Below, piece by piece: positions 55,634 through 63,844 of a stretch of 64,000 nt of DNA. This DNA is from an uncultured Actinomycetes bacterium (GTDB lineage Bacteria; Actinomycetota; Actinomycetes; Streptosporangiales; Streptosporangiaceae), in NCBI GenBank assembly GCA_963742875.1, contig CAVUNO010000007.1:65116-129115 (forward strand), written 5' to 3'. The position numbers were made by a program, and so were the translations under genes. The notes beneath the pieces are model-generated. The model saw only the letters and a program-made list of their open reading frames with translations, ran no database searches and was not told the DNA's origin. Numbering within the stretch: the first letter of the stretch is position 1; each line of letters opens with the position of its first letter.

Positions 55634-56892
55634 GACGCCTCCTTGCCTGCTCCCACGGTGCTTCCCCGGTTCGCTACGCCGTCCCCGCTGGGCTCCCCTG
55701 CCTTTCGTGGCGACTTTTCCGCAGTATGTTCGGAAAAGTCGTCACGATCGTGGAAGACGCGGCGTTCGAACAGGTCGCGGACGGCTGGGTTGGTGCGGAT
55801 GAGGTTCAGTGCCAGCTCCGCGTGACCGGGCGCGTACCCGTTGCCGATCAGCATGGTCACGTCGGCGGCCATGCCCTCCGCGCCGAGGGCCGCGGCGCTG
55901 AACGACGTGGCCATCGAGAAGAAGATGACCGTGCCGCCGGGGGCAGTGGCCAGGATCGCGCCGCCCTCGCAGCCGGGTACGTCCACGCACACGACCGTGA
56001 CGTCGGCCGGGCCGCCCGCATCCGCGACCGCGTCCGCGAGGCCCACCGGGCCGCGCGCGTCGGCCAGCACGATCGCGTCGGCGAGGCCGGTTTCGTGCAG
56101 GAGGGCCGCCTCGGCGCCGGAGGGCACCACGCCGATGATCGCAGCCGCTCCCGCCGCGCGGGCCGCCGCGGCCGACAGCGAACCGCTCTTCCCGGCCGCG
56201 CCGAGGATGGCGACGACGGGCCCCGGGCGGCCGGGCACATCGGCCAGCCCGGGGCGGCCGGGCACATCGCCCGCCACCGTGTCGCCGAAGCCGCGGCCCG
56301 CGCGGTAGGCGGCGACCACGCGCTGGGTCAGCGCGGGCGCGCCGCAGACGTCGAAGACGGCCAGCGCGAGCGGCATGGGCAGGTCATCCGGGAGCGGGAC
56401 CGCGATCGACCGGGCGAACAGGATGGCGTGCCCCGCGCACGGGATCTGCTCCGACTGGCCGTCCCAGCGGGCGAGCCCGTCGGTGATCGCGAGCGGGGTG
56501 AGGCTCAGCGAGACCAGCGTGGCGATGCGGAGGCCGGCGCGCAGGCCGAGCGGGGACTGCGGGCCCGCCTCGGCGACGATGCCGGTGAGCATGCCGCCCG
56601 AGCCGGTCACCGGGTTGTGCATCTTGCCGCGCTGGCTGATGGTGCCGAGCACGGCTGCGCGCATCGTGTCCGGGGCGCCGCCGGTGGACTCGCGGATCTG
56701 GCGGAACGACGCGGCGTCGAGGTTAAGCCGCTCGACGCCGACGCGGACCTCGTCCGGCTGGATCCGCGGATCGGGGTCGAGCCGCCACGCGGCCTGGGGC
56801 AGGACGGCGCCGCCGCCCCCGGAATCACCGGGCCCCGGGTTACCGGGCCCCGGCTCGCAGACGCGGTGCAGTCCGAGCGGCGAACTGGTCAT
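55630..56892 (-). CDS. kdd: 3,5-diaminohexanoate dehydrogenase-like
   Basis: GLHRVCEPGPG...LPQAAWRLDP...VGVERLNLDAASFRQI...GKMHNPVTGSGGMLTG. The ATG at 56892 with a GAAGGA SD is preferred over 56946. Confidence 0.8.
   Translation of the reverse strand: MTSSPLGLHRVCEPGPGNPGPGDSGGGGAVLPQAAWRLDPDPRIQPDEVRVGVERLNLDAASFRQIRESTGGAPDTMRAAVLGTISQRGKMHNPVTGSGGMLTGIVAEAGPQSPLGLRAGLRIATLVSLSLTPLAITDGLARWDGQSEQIPCAGHAILFARSIAVPLPDDLPMPLALAVFDVCGAPALTQRVVAAYRAGRGFGDTVAGDVPGRPGLADVPGRPGPVVAILGAAGKSGSLSAAAARAAGAAAIIGVVPSGAEAALLHETGLADAIVLADARGPVGLADAVADAGGPADVTVVCVDVPGCEGGAILATAPGGTVIFFSMATSFSAAALGAEGMAADVTMLIGNGYAPGHAELALNLIRTNPAVRDLFERRVFHDRDDFSEHTAEKSPRKAGEPSGDGVANRGSTVGAGKEAS
56225..56269. repeat. 27-bp in-frame tandem duplication inside kdd
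   Basis: GGGCGGCCGGGCACATCG occurs at 56225 and 56252. It encodes VPGRPGLAD VPGRPGPVV. Confidence 0.85.
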
Positions 56893-57037
56893 GCCATCAT
56901 CCTTCCCGGCCCCGTGGGTCATCCATGCGTGAGCCGTATGAGACACGCATGTAACAATAAATTTTCCTGCTAGATACTACTTTGACAAAAGCTTCTTCAA
57001 GATACTCATATACTAGAGGATTATTATCCGACGATCG
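56893..57037. promoter_or_regulatory. divergent kdd / kamA control region with an approximately 80-bp AT-rich core
   Basis: 56950-57030 (TGTAACAATAAATTTTCCTGCTAGATACTACTTTGACAAAAGCTTCTTCAAGATACTCATATACTAGAGGATTATTATCCG) is the most AT-rich stretch of the window. It contains TTGACA (56982-56987), TATACT (57009-57014) and two AGATACT repeats. Confidence 0.6.
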
Positions 57038-58507
57038 GTGATTCTGGGGGCCCTCGTGATCGACCAGCCGTACGTCTACCGGCGCCGGGAGCTCACCGAA
57101 CCGGACTGGCGGCGTTTCCCCGGCTGGGCCGGCGTGAGTAGCGCCGAATGGGAGTCCGCGCAGTGGCAGCGGGCGCACTGCGTGAAGAACGCGCGCCAGT
57201 TGCGCCAGGTGACGGGGGCCGGCCTCAGCGAGGCGTTCTTCGCCGACCTGGAGCAGGACCAGCGGGCCCGGGCCACCATGTCGATGCTGGTTCCGCCGCA
57301 GATGCTCAACACGATGGCCCCGGACGCGGCGCCGGGCGCCTCCGGCGGCCCGGCCTTCACCGACGCGTTCACGGAGGCCTTCTACGCCGACCCGGTGCGC
57401 CGGTACATGATCCCGGTGTTCAGCGACCGCCGGGCCGACTGGCCGTCGCACCCGTACGCCCAGCGTGACTCGCTGCACGAGGCGGAGATGTGGGCGGTGG
57501 AGGGCCTGACCCACCGCTACCCGACCAAGGTGCTGGCCGAGGTGCTGCCCACCTGCCCGCAGTACTGCGGGCACTGCACCCGGATGGACCTGGTCGGCAA
57601 CCCGACCCCCACGGCCGGCAAGCACAAGTTCGAGCTGGCGCGGCCCGACCGGCTCGGGGCCATGATCGCTTACCTGCGCCGCACCCCCGGCGTACGCGAC
57701 GTGGTCGTTTCCGGCGGCGACGTCGCCAACCTGCCGTGGCCCCGGCTGGAGGAGTTCGTGGCCGCGCTGCTCGACATCGAGAGCATCCGTGACATCCGGC
57801 TGGCCAGCAAGGCCCTGATGGGCCTGCCGCAGCACTGGCTGAGCGATGAGGTCCGGGCCGGGATGGCCCGGCTGGCCGGGCGCGCGGCGGACCGCGGCGT
57901 GAGCCTGGCCATCCACACGCACGTGAACGCCGCGCAGTCGGTCACTCCCCTGGTGGCCCGGGCGGCGCGCGCGATGCTGGACACGGGCATCCGGGACGTC
58001 CGCAACCAGGGCGTGCTGCTGCGCGGGGTCAACGACAGCGCCGAGGCCCTGCTCGACCTGTGCTTCGCACTGCTCGACGAGGCCAAGATCATGCCGTACT
58101 ACTTCTACATGTGCGACATGATCCCCGGCAGTGAGCACTGGCGGCTGAGCCTGCGTGCGGGCCAGGACCTGCAGCACCAGATCATGGGGTACCTGCCGGG
58201 TTTCGCCACGCCGCGCGTCGTCTGCGACGTCCCGTACGTCGGCAAGCGCTGGGTACACCAGGTCGCGCGGTACGACACGGACCGGGGCATTTCGTACTGG
58301 ACGAAGAACTACCGCACCGCCGTCGAGGCCGACGACGTGCTGGCCATCGGCCGGGAGTACGCCTACTACGACCCGATCGACACGCTGCCGGCCCGTGGCC
58401 AGGCCTGGTGGCGGGCCCGCACCGGGCAGCCCGGCCGAAATCTCCGCCTGAGTCAACTTCTCGGATCTAAAGGACCGGGCTTGCGGCTCGGGCATCACTG
58501 GCGGTGA
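57038..58507 (+). CDS. kamA: lysine 2,3-aminomutase-family radical SAM enzyme
   Basis: CxxxCxxC cluster motif CPQYCGHCTRMD, plus VSGGD... and ISYWTKNYRT...YYDPIDTLP. The start codon is uncertain (GTG at 57038 or 57056). The last 13 or so codons overlap the tnpB relic. Confidence 0.85.
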   Translation: MILGALVIDQPYVYRRRELTEPDWRRFPGWAGVSSAEWESAQWQRAHCVKNARQLRQVTGAGLSEAFFADLEQDQRARATMSMLVPPQMLNTMAPDAAPGASGGPAFTDAFTEAFYADPVRRYMIPVFSDRRADWPSHPYAQRDSLHEAEMWAVEGLTHRYPTKVLAEVLPTCPQYCGHCTRMDLVGNPTPTAGKHKFELARPDRLGAMIAYLRRTPGVRDVVVSGGDVANLPWPRLEEFVAALLDIESIRDIRLASKALMGLPQHWLSDEVRAGMARLAGRAADRGVSLAIHTHVNAAQSVTPLVARAARAMLDTGIRDVRNQGVLLRGVNDSAEALLDLCFALLDEAKIMPYYFYMCDMIPGSEHWRLSLRAGQDLQHQIMGYLPGFATPRVVCDVPYVGKRWVHQVARYDTDRGISYWTKNYRTAVEADDVLAIGREYAYYDPIDTLPARGQAWWRARTGQPGRNLRLSQLLGSKGPGLRLGHHWR

Positions 58508-58700
58508 TGCTGACGGCCGCGTCCAGCCGCTGCCCGTCGCGGGCGGCGGCAGGGGCGCGTGACTCACGCCCCGCATCCCAGGCGGCAACCTGGCCGCGGG
58601 CGGCGATGTTGCGGGAAGCGTTCCGGTCTGCATGCGCAACGACGCCGCAGCCCCGGCAGATGAACCGTGCTTGCGAGACGCGGTCCAGGCGGGCCTCACG
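58467..58700 (-). mobile_element. tnpB: IS200/IS605-family tnpB C-terminal relic
   Basis: ARFICRGCGVVAHADRNASRNIAARGQVAAWDAG... matches the zinc-finger and last RuvC-motif region of TnpB. Nothing upstream of it is TnpB-like. Confidence 0.5.
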
Positions 58701-58736
58701 GGGCCTAACCGGGCCGGGAGCGGGCAGATAGCGGCT

Positions 58737-59678
58737 ATGAGCCAGGCATCTCAGCTGAGCAGGCAGGCCGGCCGGTGGACCGCGGCCGACGTACCGCCCC
58801 AGACGGGCCGGATCGCCGTGGTCACCGGTTCCAACACCGGAATCGGGTTCCAGGCCGTCCAGGTGCTCGCGGCGCACGGTGCCACGGTGGTGCTCGCGTG
58901 CCGCGACATGGCCAAGGCCGAGGCCGCGGCGGACCGGATCCTCACCGCCGCGCCGGAGGCCAGCGTGACCGCGGCGCATCTGGACCTGGCCTCCCTGGCC
59001 TCGGTCCGGGCCGCCGCCCGCGCGCTGCGGGACGCCTACGAGCACATCGACCTGCTGATCAACAACGCCGGGGTGATGATGACGCCCTACGGCCGGACCG
59101 AGGACGGCTTCGAGCAGCAGCTCGGCGTGAACCACCTCGGCCCGTTCGCGCTGACCGGCCTGCTCCTGGACCGCATGCTCACCGTGCCCGGCTCCCGCGT
59201 TGTGACGGTGAGCAGTTCTCTGCACCGCCGGGGCCGGATCGACTTCGGCAACCTGTCCCTCGAGCACGGGTACGGGCGCTCGGCCGCCTACCGCCGGTCC
59301 AAGCTGGCCAACCTGCTGTTCACCTACGAACTGCAGCGCCGGCTGGCGCAGGCCGGGGCGGCCACGGTGGCGCTGGCGGCCCATCCCGGGTACGTGCGCA
59401 CCGAGCTGTCGCGGAACCTGCCGCTGCCGACACGGCTCGGCGCGCTGCTCGTCGAGCCCCTGTTCGCGCAGAGCGCCGCGATGGGCGCGCTGCCGATGCT
59501 GCGCGCGGCCACCGATCCGGAAGCCCGCGGCGGTGAATATTACGGCCCGGGTGGCCGCACCGGAATGACCGGCTACCCAGAGCGCGGCCGGTCGTCCACC
59601 CGTTCCTTCGACGCGGACCTGCAGCGCCGCCTGTGGGCCGAGTCCGAACGGCTGACCGGCATAACCTACCCGGTCTGA
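58737..59678 (+). CDS. SDR-family oxidoreductase (retinol dehydrogenase/WW-domain oxidoreductase-like)
   Basis: IAVVTGSNTGIGFQ...LINNAGVM...YRRSKLANLLFTYEL. Confidence 0.85.
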   Translation: MSQASQLSRQAGRWTAADVPPQTGRIAVVTGSNTGIGFQAVQVLAAHGATVVLACRDMAKAEAAADRILTAAPEASVTAAHLDLASLASVRAAARALRDAYEHIDLLINNAGVMMTPYGRTEDGFEQQLGVNHLGPFALTGLLLDRMLTVPGSRVVTVSSSLHRRGRIDFGNLSLEHGYGRSAAYRRSKLANLLFTYELQRRLAQAGAATVALAAHPGYVRTELSRNLPLPTRLGALLVEPLFAQSAAMGALPMLRAATDPEARGGEYYGPGGRTGMTGYPERGRSSTRSFDADLQRRLWAESERLTGITYPV

Positions 59679-60841
59679 GCGGCCGTGTCCTTCGCGTCCC
59701 CGTCCGCGTCACCGGCGCGGGCGGGCTCCATATCCGGCGCCGCGTCCGCGCTGGAGCGGTCCTTATCCGGCGCCGCGTCCGCGCTGGAGCGGTCCTTATC
59801 CGGCGCCCCGTCCGCGCTGGAGCGCTCCATATCCGGCGCCCCGTCCGCGCTGGCGGGCTTGTCGTCTGGCGCTGCGCCCGCGGCGTCCGGCGCCTCGCCC
59901 ACGGCGGCACCGCTGGGCACGATGGCCTCGGTGAGGGCCCCGTCGGTGCTGGTCACGCCCGCCCGGCTGGGCTGCGCGCCGCCCGCCGCCAGCTCCGGCG
60001 CGGCCTGCCCGGCCGCGGCCAGCTTCCGCCCATGGCGCTGAATGAGAACGAACCAGGTCAGTCCCGCGACCGTCAGCACGCACGCGACGTACAAGTTCAG
60101 CCGGAGGCCGAGGAAGTACTTCGAGGAGTCCACGCGCAGCGACTCCTCGAAGATCCGGAACGCCGAATAGCCCGCCACGTACAGGGCGAACAGGCCGGGC
60201 GCGAAGATCCTGCGGTGATGGCCGAGCCAGATCAGCACCAGCGCCAGCGCCACGTCCCAGATCAGCTCGTACAGGAACGTCGGCTGGAAGAAGGCGAAGG
60301 CGGTGTAGCCGGGCGGCCGGTAGGCGAGCGGGATCTGCAGGCCCCAGGGCAGGCTGGTCGGGCCGCCGAACAGTTCCTTGTTGAAGTAGTTCCCGATCCG
60401 GCCGAGCCCCTGGGCGACGAGCAGGGCGGGTGCGACGGCGTCCATGATCAGCGGCACGTTGCCGCCGGCCCGGCGGGTCCGCCAGATGCCGACGGCGACC
60501 GCGACCGGGATCGCGCCCCAGATCCCGAGGCCGCCGGTCCAGACGGCGAACACCCCGTACCAGACGTGCGGGATGTCCATCGGCGTGGTGATGTCGAAGT
60601 AGATACGCCCGCCGATGATCCCGGCGGGCACGCTCCACATGGCGACGTCCCAGATCAGCTCGGGGTCTCCGCCGGCCGCGGCCCAGCGGCGGCGGGTCAT
60701 GATGATGGCCACCGCGATACCGACCAGGTACATCAGCGCGTACACGTGAATGAACAGCGGGCCGATGTGGAAGCCGTTGACCGATGGGCTGGGGATGTGC
60801 AGCGCCTCGCTGACCGGGGGGGCTATCACAAGGGTCGGCAT
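59666..60841 (-). CDS. lgt: prolipoprotein diacylglyceryl transferase with repetitive C-terminal tail
   Basis: IPSPSVNGFHIGPLFIHVYALMYLVGI...GGRIYF...GRIGNYFNKELFG are Lgt hallmarks. Confidence 0.9.
   Translation of the reverse strand: MPTLVIAPPVSEALHIPSPSVNGFHIGPLFIHVYALMYLVGIAVAIIMTRRRWAAAGGDPELIWDVAMWSVPAGIIGGRIYFDITTPMDIPHVWYGVFAVWTGGLGIWGAIPVAVAVGIWRTRRAGGNVPLIMDAVAPALLVAQGLGRIGNYFNKELFGGPTSLPWGLQIPLAYRPPGYTAFAFFQPTFLYELIWDVALALVLIWLGHHRRIFAPGLFALYVAGYSAFRIFEESLRVDSSKYFLGLRLNLYVACVLTVAGLTWFVLIQRHGRKLAAAGQAAPELAAGGAQPSRAGVTSTDGALTEAIVPSGAAVGEAPDAAGAAPDDKPASADGAPDMERSSADGAPDKDRSSADAAPDKDRSSADAAPDMEPARAGDADGDAKDTAAQTG
59727..59858. repeat. 4 x 33-bp in-frame tandem repeat in the lgt 3' region
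   Basis: Units start at 59727, 59760, 59793 and 59826. They encode SADGAPDMERS / SADGAPDKDRS / SADAAPDKDRS / SADAAPDMEPA (reading the minus strand). Confidence 0.9.
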
Positions 60842-60851
60842 GCGCCCCAGG

Positions 60852-62579
60852 CTAATGCACGGGCGTCCGGCCCCGGGGCGTCCGCGCCTGGCTTGTGACC
60901 GGGTGCCCGGGCGGCCGGTGCAGCACCAGGTACCCGTCGCGGCGGAAGGCCACCTGGTATCCGCGGCGTTCCAGGTCGCCGATCTGCGCCCGCTGACCGG
61001 GCAGGCTCCGGAACGGGTAGGTGTAATCCGCCTGGGCGACGATCCAGGCCGCCGACGTCGCGGCCGGGCCCCACAGCAGCACCGTGTCCCGGCCGGACAG
61101 TTGCGGCCCGAGCATTTGGGCGGCGTCCACGGTCACCCCGCGCGGCACGGCGGCGTCGGCGCCCGCTTCCGCCCGCATCTGCCGGTCACGGCTGTAGAAC
61201 CCGGGGGTGGCCAGGCTCGCCAGCGCGGACCGCGGGAGGACCGCCACGGCCGCGGCACAGACCAGCGCGGTGACGGCCGCCTGCCAGGAGCCGGCTGCCC
61301 AGCGGCCGGCTCCCCAGCGGCTGGTCCCCCCGCGCCCAGGTCTCCCGCCGCCTTCGGCCGTCCTGCGGCTGCGGGCCGCCCAGCCGGCGATCCGCGCCGC
61401 ACCGTCGGCCGCGGCGCACACCAGGACCATCTCGATGAACGCGTTGTACTGGAATGTGGTGCCCCACCAGTTCGGCTGCGACGAGGCCAGCATCCGCTCG
61501 GCCAGCAGCGGGAGCGCGGCCAGCGTGATCGGCGACAGCAGCGGCAGGAACAGCAGAACCCCGGCGAGCCACATCATCGTGGTCAGCTTGACCGACGGGG
61601 TGATGGCGAGCCGCGCGGCCGTCAGCGGATCCCGGAGGGCGTGCTCCGCGGCGAGCCGGGCGTTGCCGCCCAGCGACCAGTAGGCCCAGTAGTAGCCGGC
61701 CCGCCCGCCGAAGGCCGGCCGCAGCACGTAGGTGGCCAGCAGCATGGCGGCGATCCCGCCAGCCACCAGCCCGGCGCCCAGCGTGACCCGGTGGCGTCCG
61801 GCGAGCGGGTGGCCGGGCGCCCAGCGGGAGAACCGGGATCCGCGGGCGGCCAGCAGGAAGAGCCCGAACCCGGCGACGAGCAGCCCCGTGTCCTCCTTGA
61901 CCAGCAGCAGGGCGAGCGCGGCGGCCACGGCAGTGCGGATCCGCGCGGCGGCGAGGCGCTCGAAAAAGACGGCGGTGAGCACGGGCACGAAGGCGACCTC
62001 ATGGAACCCGGTGGCCACCGCTGCGGCGATAGGCCAGCTCAGCGCGTAGGCGGCGGCCACGAGGTAGGCCGCAACGACGGGCCCGCAGGAACCGGCGGCG
62101 CGCCTGCGGGAACCCGGGGCGGCGAGCCCGCGGGAACCCGGGGCGGCGGGAGCGGCGGAACCGGAGACGGCCGGAGCGCCAGGGGCCGGAGCGCCGGAGA
62201 TGGCGGCGGCGCAGATCCGGCGGGTGAACGACCACAGCGGCGGAACGGCCAGCGCGAACAGCACGCCCTGGGCCACGAGCAGATCCTGCGGACCGTCAAA
62301 GATCCAGTACAGCGGGGCCAGGACCGCGATGACCGGTGACCAGTGGTCGCCGAGGACCGAGAAGGCGGGACCGAAACCGTCCTGAACGCCCTTGACCGGG
62401 GACACGCCCAGGTGGAGGTGCGCGTAGGAGCGGACCGCCTGATCGAAGATCACCAGGTCGAAGGTGCCGACGCGGAAGGTCGCGTACTGCACCAGGCCGT
62501 AGGCGATGTAAGCCGCGGCCGGGACGGCCGTCAGCACGGCCACGGCCAGACGATGGCGCGCCGCCAGAGGTGTGCTCAT
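60852..62579 (-). CDS. DUF2079-family polytopic membrane protein
   Basis: GTFDLVIFDQAVRSYAHL...GDHWSPVIAVLAPLYWIF...LLVAQGVLFALAVPPLW and many TM helices. Confidence 0.75.
   Translation of the reverse strand: MSTPLAARHRLAVAVLTAVPAAAYIAYGLVQYATFRVGTFDLVIFDQAVRSYAHLHLGVSPVKGVQDGFGPAFSVLGDHWSPVIAVLAPLYWIFDGPQDLLVAQGVLFALAVPPLWSFTRRICAAAISGAPAPGAPAVSGSAAPAAPGSRGLAAPGSRRRAAGSCGPVVAAYLVAAAYALSWPIAAAVATGFHEVAFVPVLTAVFFERLAAARIRTAVAAALALLLVKEDTGLLVAGFGLFLLAARGSRFSRWAPGHPLAGRHRVTLGAGLVAGGIAAMLLATYVLRPAFGGRAGYYWAYWSLGGNARLAAEHALRDPLTAARLAITPSVKLTTMMWLAGVLLFLPLLSPITLAALPLLAERMLASSQPNWWGTTFQYNAFIEMVLVCAAADGAARIAGWAARSRRTAEGGGRPGRGGTSRWGAGRWAAGSWQAAVTALVCAAAVAVLPRSALASLATPGFYSRDRQMRAEAGADAAVPRGVTVDAAQMLGPQLSGRDTVLLWGPAATSAAWIVAQADYTYPFRSLPGQRAQIGDLERRGYQVAFRRDGYLVLHRPPGHPVTSQARTPRGRTPVH
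62106..62148. repeat. 24-bp in-frame tandem duplication inside the DUF2079 gene
   Basis: GCGGGAACCCGGGGCGGCG occurs at 62106 and 62130. It encodes AAPGSRGL AAPGSRRR. A 15-bp duplication follows at about 62170-62196. Confidence 0.85.
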
Positions 62580-62637
62580 CGGCGATGAGCGTACATTCCC
62601 CCGGAACCATCCCGGACAGGTCGGTTAAGTTAGGCGT

Positions 62638-63297
62638 GTGGCCCAGCGAAGTGAACAGATCGGCATGCACATCAACGCGTACCTCTGCGCGCACAGCACG
62701 CCGCCCGACGCCATCCTGCGCGAGCTCGCGCACGAAACGGCCGAATGGTTCCCCAGCGAGGTATCGCTGGCCATCGCCCCCGAGCAGGGCACCTTCATGA
62801 CGATCCTGACGCGCCTGATCGGGGCGCGTTCGGCGATAGAGATCGGCACGTTTACCGGATACTCCTCCATCTGCCTGGCCCGCGGGCTGACCGGCGACGG
62901 GCACCTGCTGTGCTGCGACGTCAGCGACGAGTGGACCTCGGTGGCCCGCAAGTACTGGGAGCGGGCGGGGCTGGCGGACAAGATCGAGCTGCGGCTCGGG
63001 CCGGCCCTGGACACCGTGCGGTCGCTGCCCCGCGAGCCGCAGTTCGACCTCGCGTTCATCGACGCCGACAAGCCCGGTTACCTGGGCTACTGGAAAGAGG
63101 TCGTGCCGCGGGTCCGCCCCGGCGGCGTCATCCTCGTGGACAACACGTTCTCGCACGGCCGGGTCATCGACGCCGGCAACGAAAGCGAGCTGGTCCAGGC
63201 CATACGCGACTTCAACGACCACGCCGCCGCCGACGACCGGGTGGACGTCGTCATGCTCCCCCTGGGCGACGGCCTGACGCTCGCCCGCAAGAGGTGA
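62638..63297 (+). CDS. class I SAM-dependent O-methyltransferase (caffeoyl-CoA OMT-like, family 3)
   Basis: AIEIGTFTGYSSICLARGL...FIDADKPGYLGYW...GGVILVDN. Confidence 0.85.
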   Translation: MAQRSEQIGMHINAYLCAHSTPPDAILRELAHETAEWFPSEVSLAIAPEQGTFMTILTRLIGARSAIEIGTFTGYSSICLARGLTGDGHLLCCDVSDEWTSVARKYWERAGLADKIELRLGPALDTVRSLPREPQFDLAFIDADKPGYLGYWKEVVPRVRPGGVILVDNTFSHGRVIDAGNESELVQAIRDFNDHAAADDRVDVVMLPLGDGLTLARKR

Positions 63298-63304
63298 AGT
63301 ACTG

Positions 63305-63844
63305 GTGAGCCGGCACGGCATGATCAGGGCTGCCCGAGCTGAGGATGTCCCGGCGATCCACCGGCTCATCCGGGAGCTGGCCCGGTACGAGCACTCCCTG
63401 GAGCAGGTCACCGGTACCGAGGAGGACCTCCGGCGGTCACTGTTCGGGACTGATGCCGCGGTCTACGCCCACGTCGCGGTCAGCGAAGGCGGTGCGGCGG
63501 GCGACAGGGACGCGGACGAGGGCGCGGTCGTGGGCATTGCTCTCTGGTTCCTGAACTACTCGACCTGGACCGGCCAGCACGGGATCTACCTCGAAGATCT
63601 CTTCGTTGAGCCCGGCGTGCGGGGGCACGGCTACGGCAGGGCGCTGCTCGCTGAGCTGGCGCGCATCTGCGTCGAGCGCGGGTACGCACGGCTGGACTGG
63701 GCAGTGCTGGACTGGAACACCCCCTCCATCGAGTTCTACCAGTCCATTGGGGCGCGCGCGATGGACGAGTGGGACATTTACCGGCTCACCGGCCCGGCGC
63801 TGACCGCGCTCCGGTCCGCAGACGGGACGAGGACATATCCGTGA
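63305..63844 (+). CDS. GNAT-family N-acetyltransferase
   Basis: IRAARAEDVPAIHRLIRELARYE...IYLEDLFVEPGVRGHGYGRALLAELA. Confidence 0.85.
   Translation: MSRHGMIRAARAEDVPAIHRLIRELARYEHSLEQVTGTEEDLRRSLFGTDAAVYAHVAVSEGGAAGDRDADEGAVVGIALWFLNYSTWTGQHGIYLEDLFVEPGVRGHGYGRALLAELARICVERGYARLDWAVLDWNTPSIEFYQSIGARAMDEWDIYRLTGPALTALRSADGTRTYP

Noticed and set aside
54059-55825. 588-aa plus-strand ORF. The same applies to 56897..58699 (minus), 60750..62339 (plus), 44220..46289 (plus) and 5308..6333 (plus).
   Set aside because: Each is the mirror frame of a gene with clear family hallmarks: kamD, kamA, the DUF2079 gene, ptrB/prs and the transglutaminase gene. All have low-complexity translations.
56893-57037. 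Lysine (L-box) riboswitch ahead of kamA
   Set aside because: The whole intergenic region is about 145 bp and mostly AT-rich promoter-like DNA. That is too short, and it lacks the multi-helix GC-paired architecture of an L-box.
58467-59384. 305-aa minus-strand ORF as a complete transposase gene
   Set aside because: Only the last 75 or so codons resemble TnpB. The rest is antisense to the clearly supported SDR gene (58737..59678).
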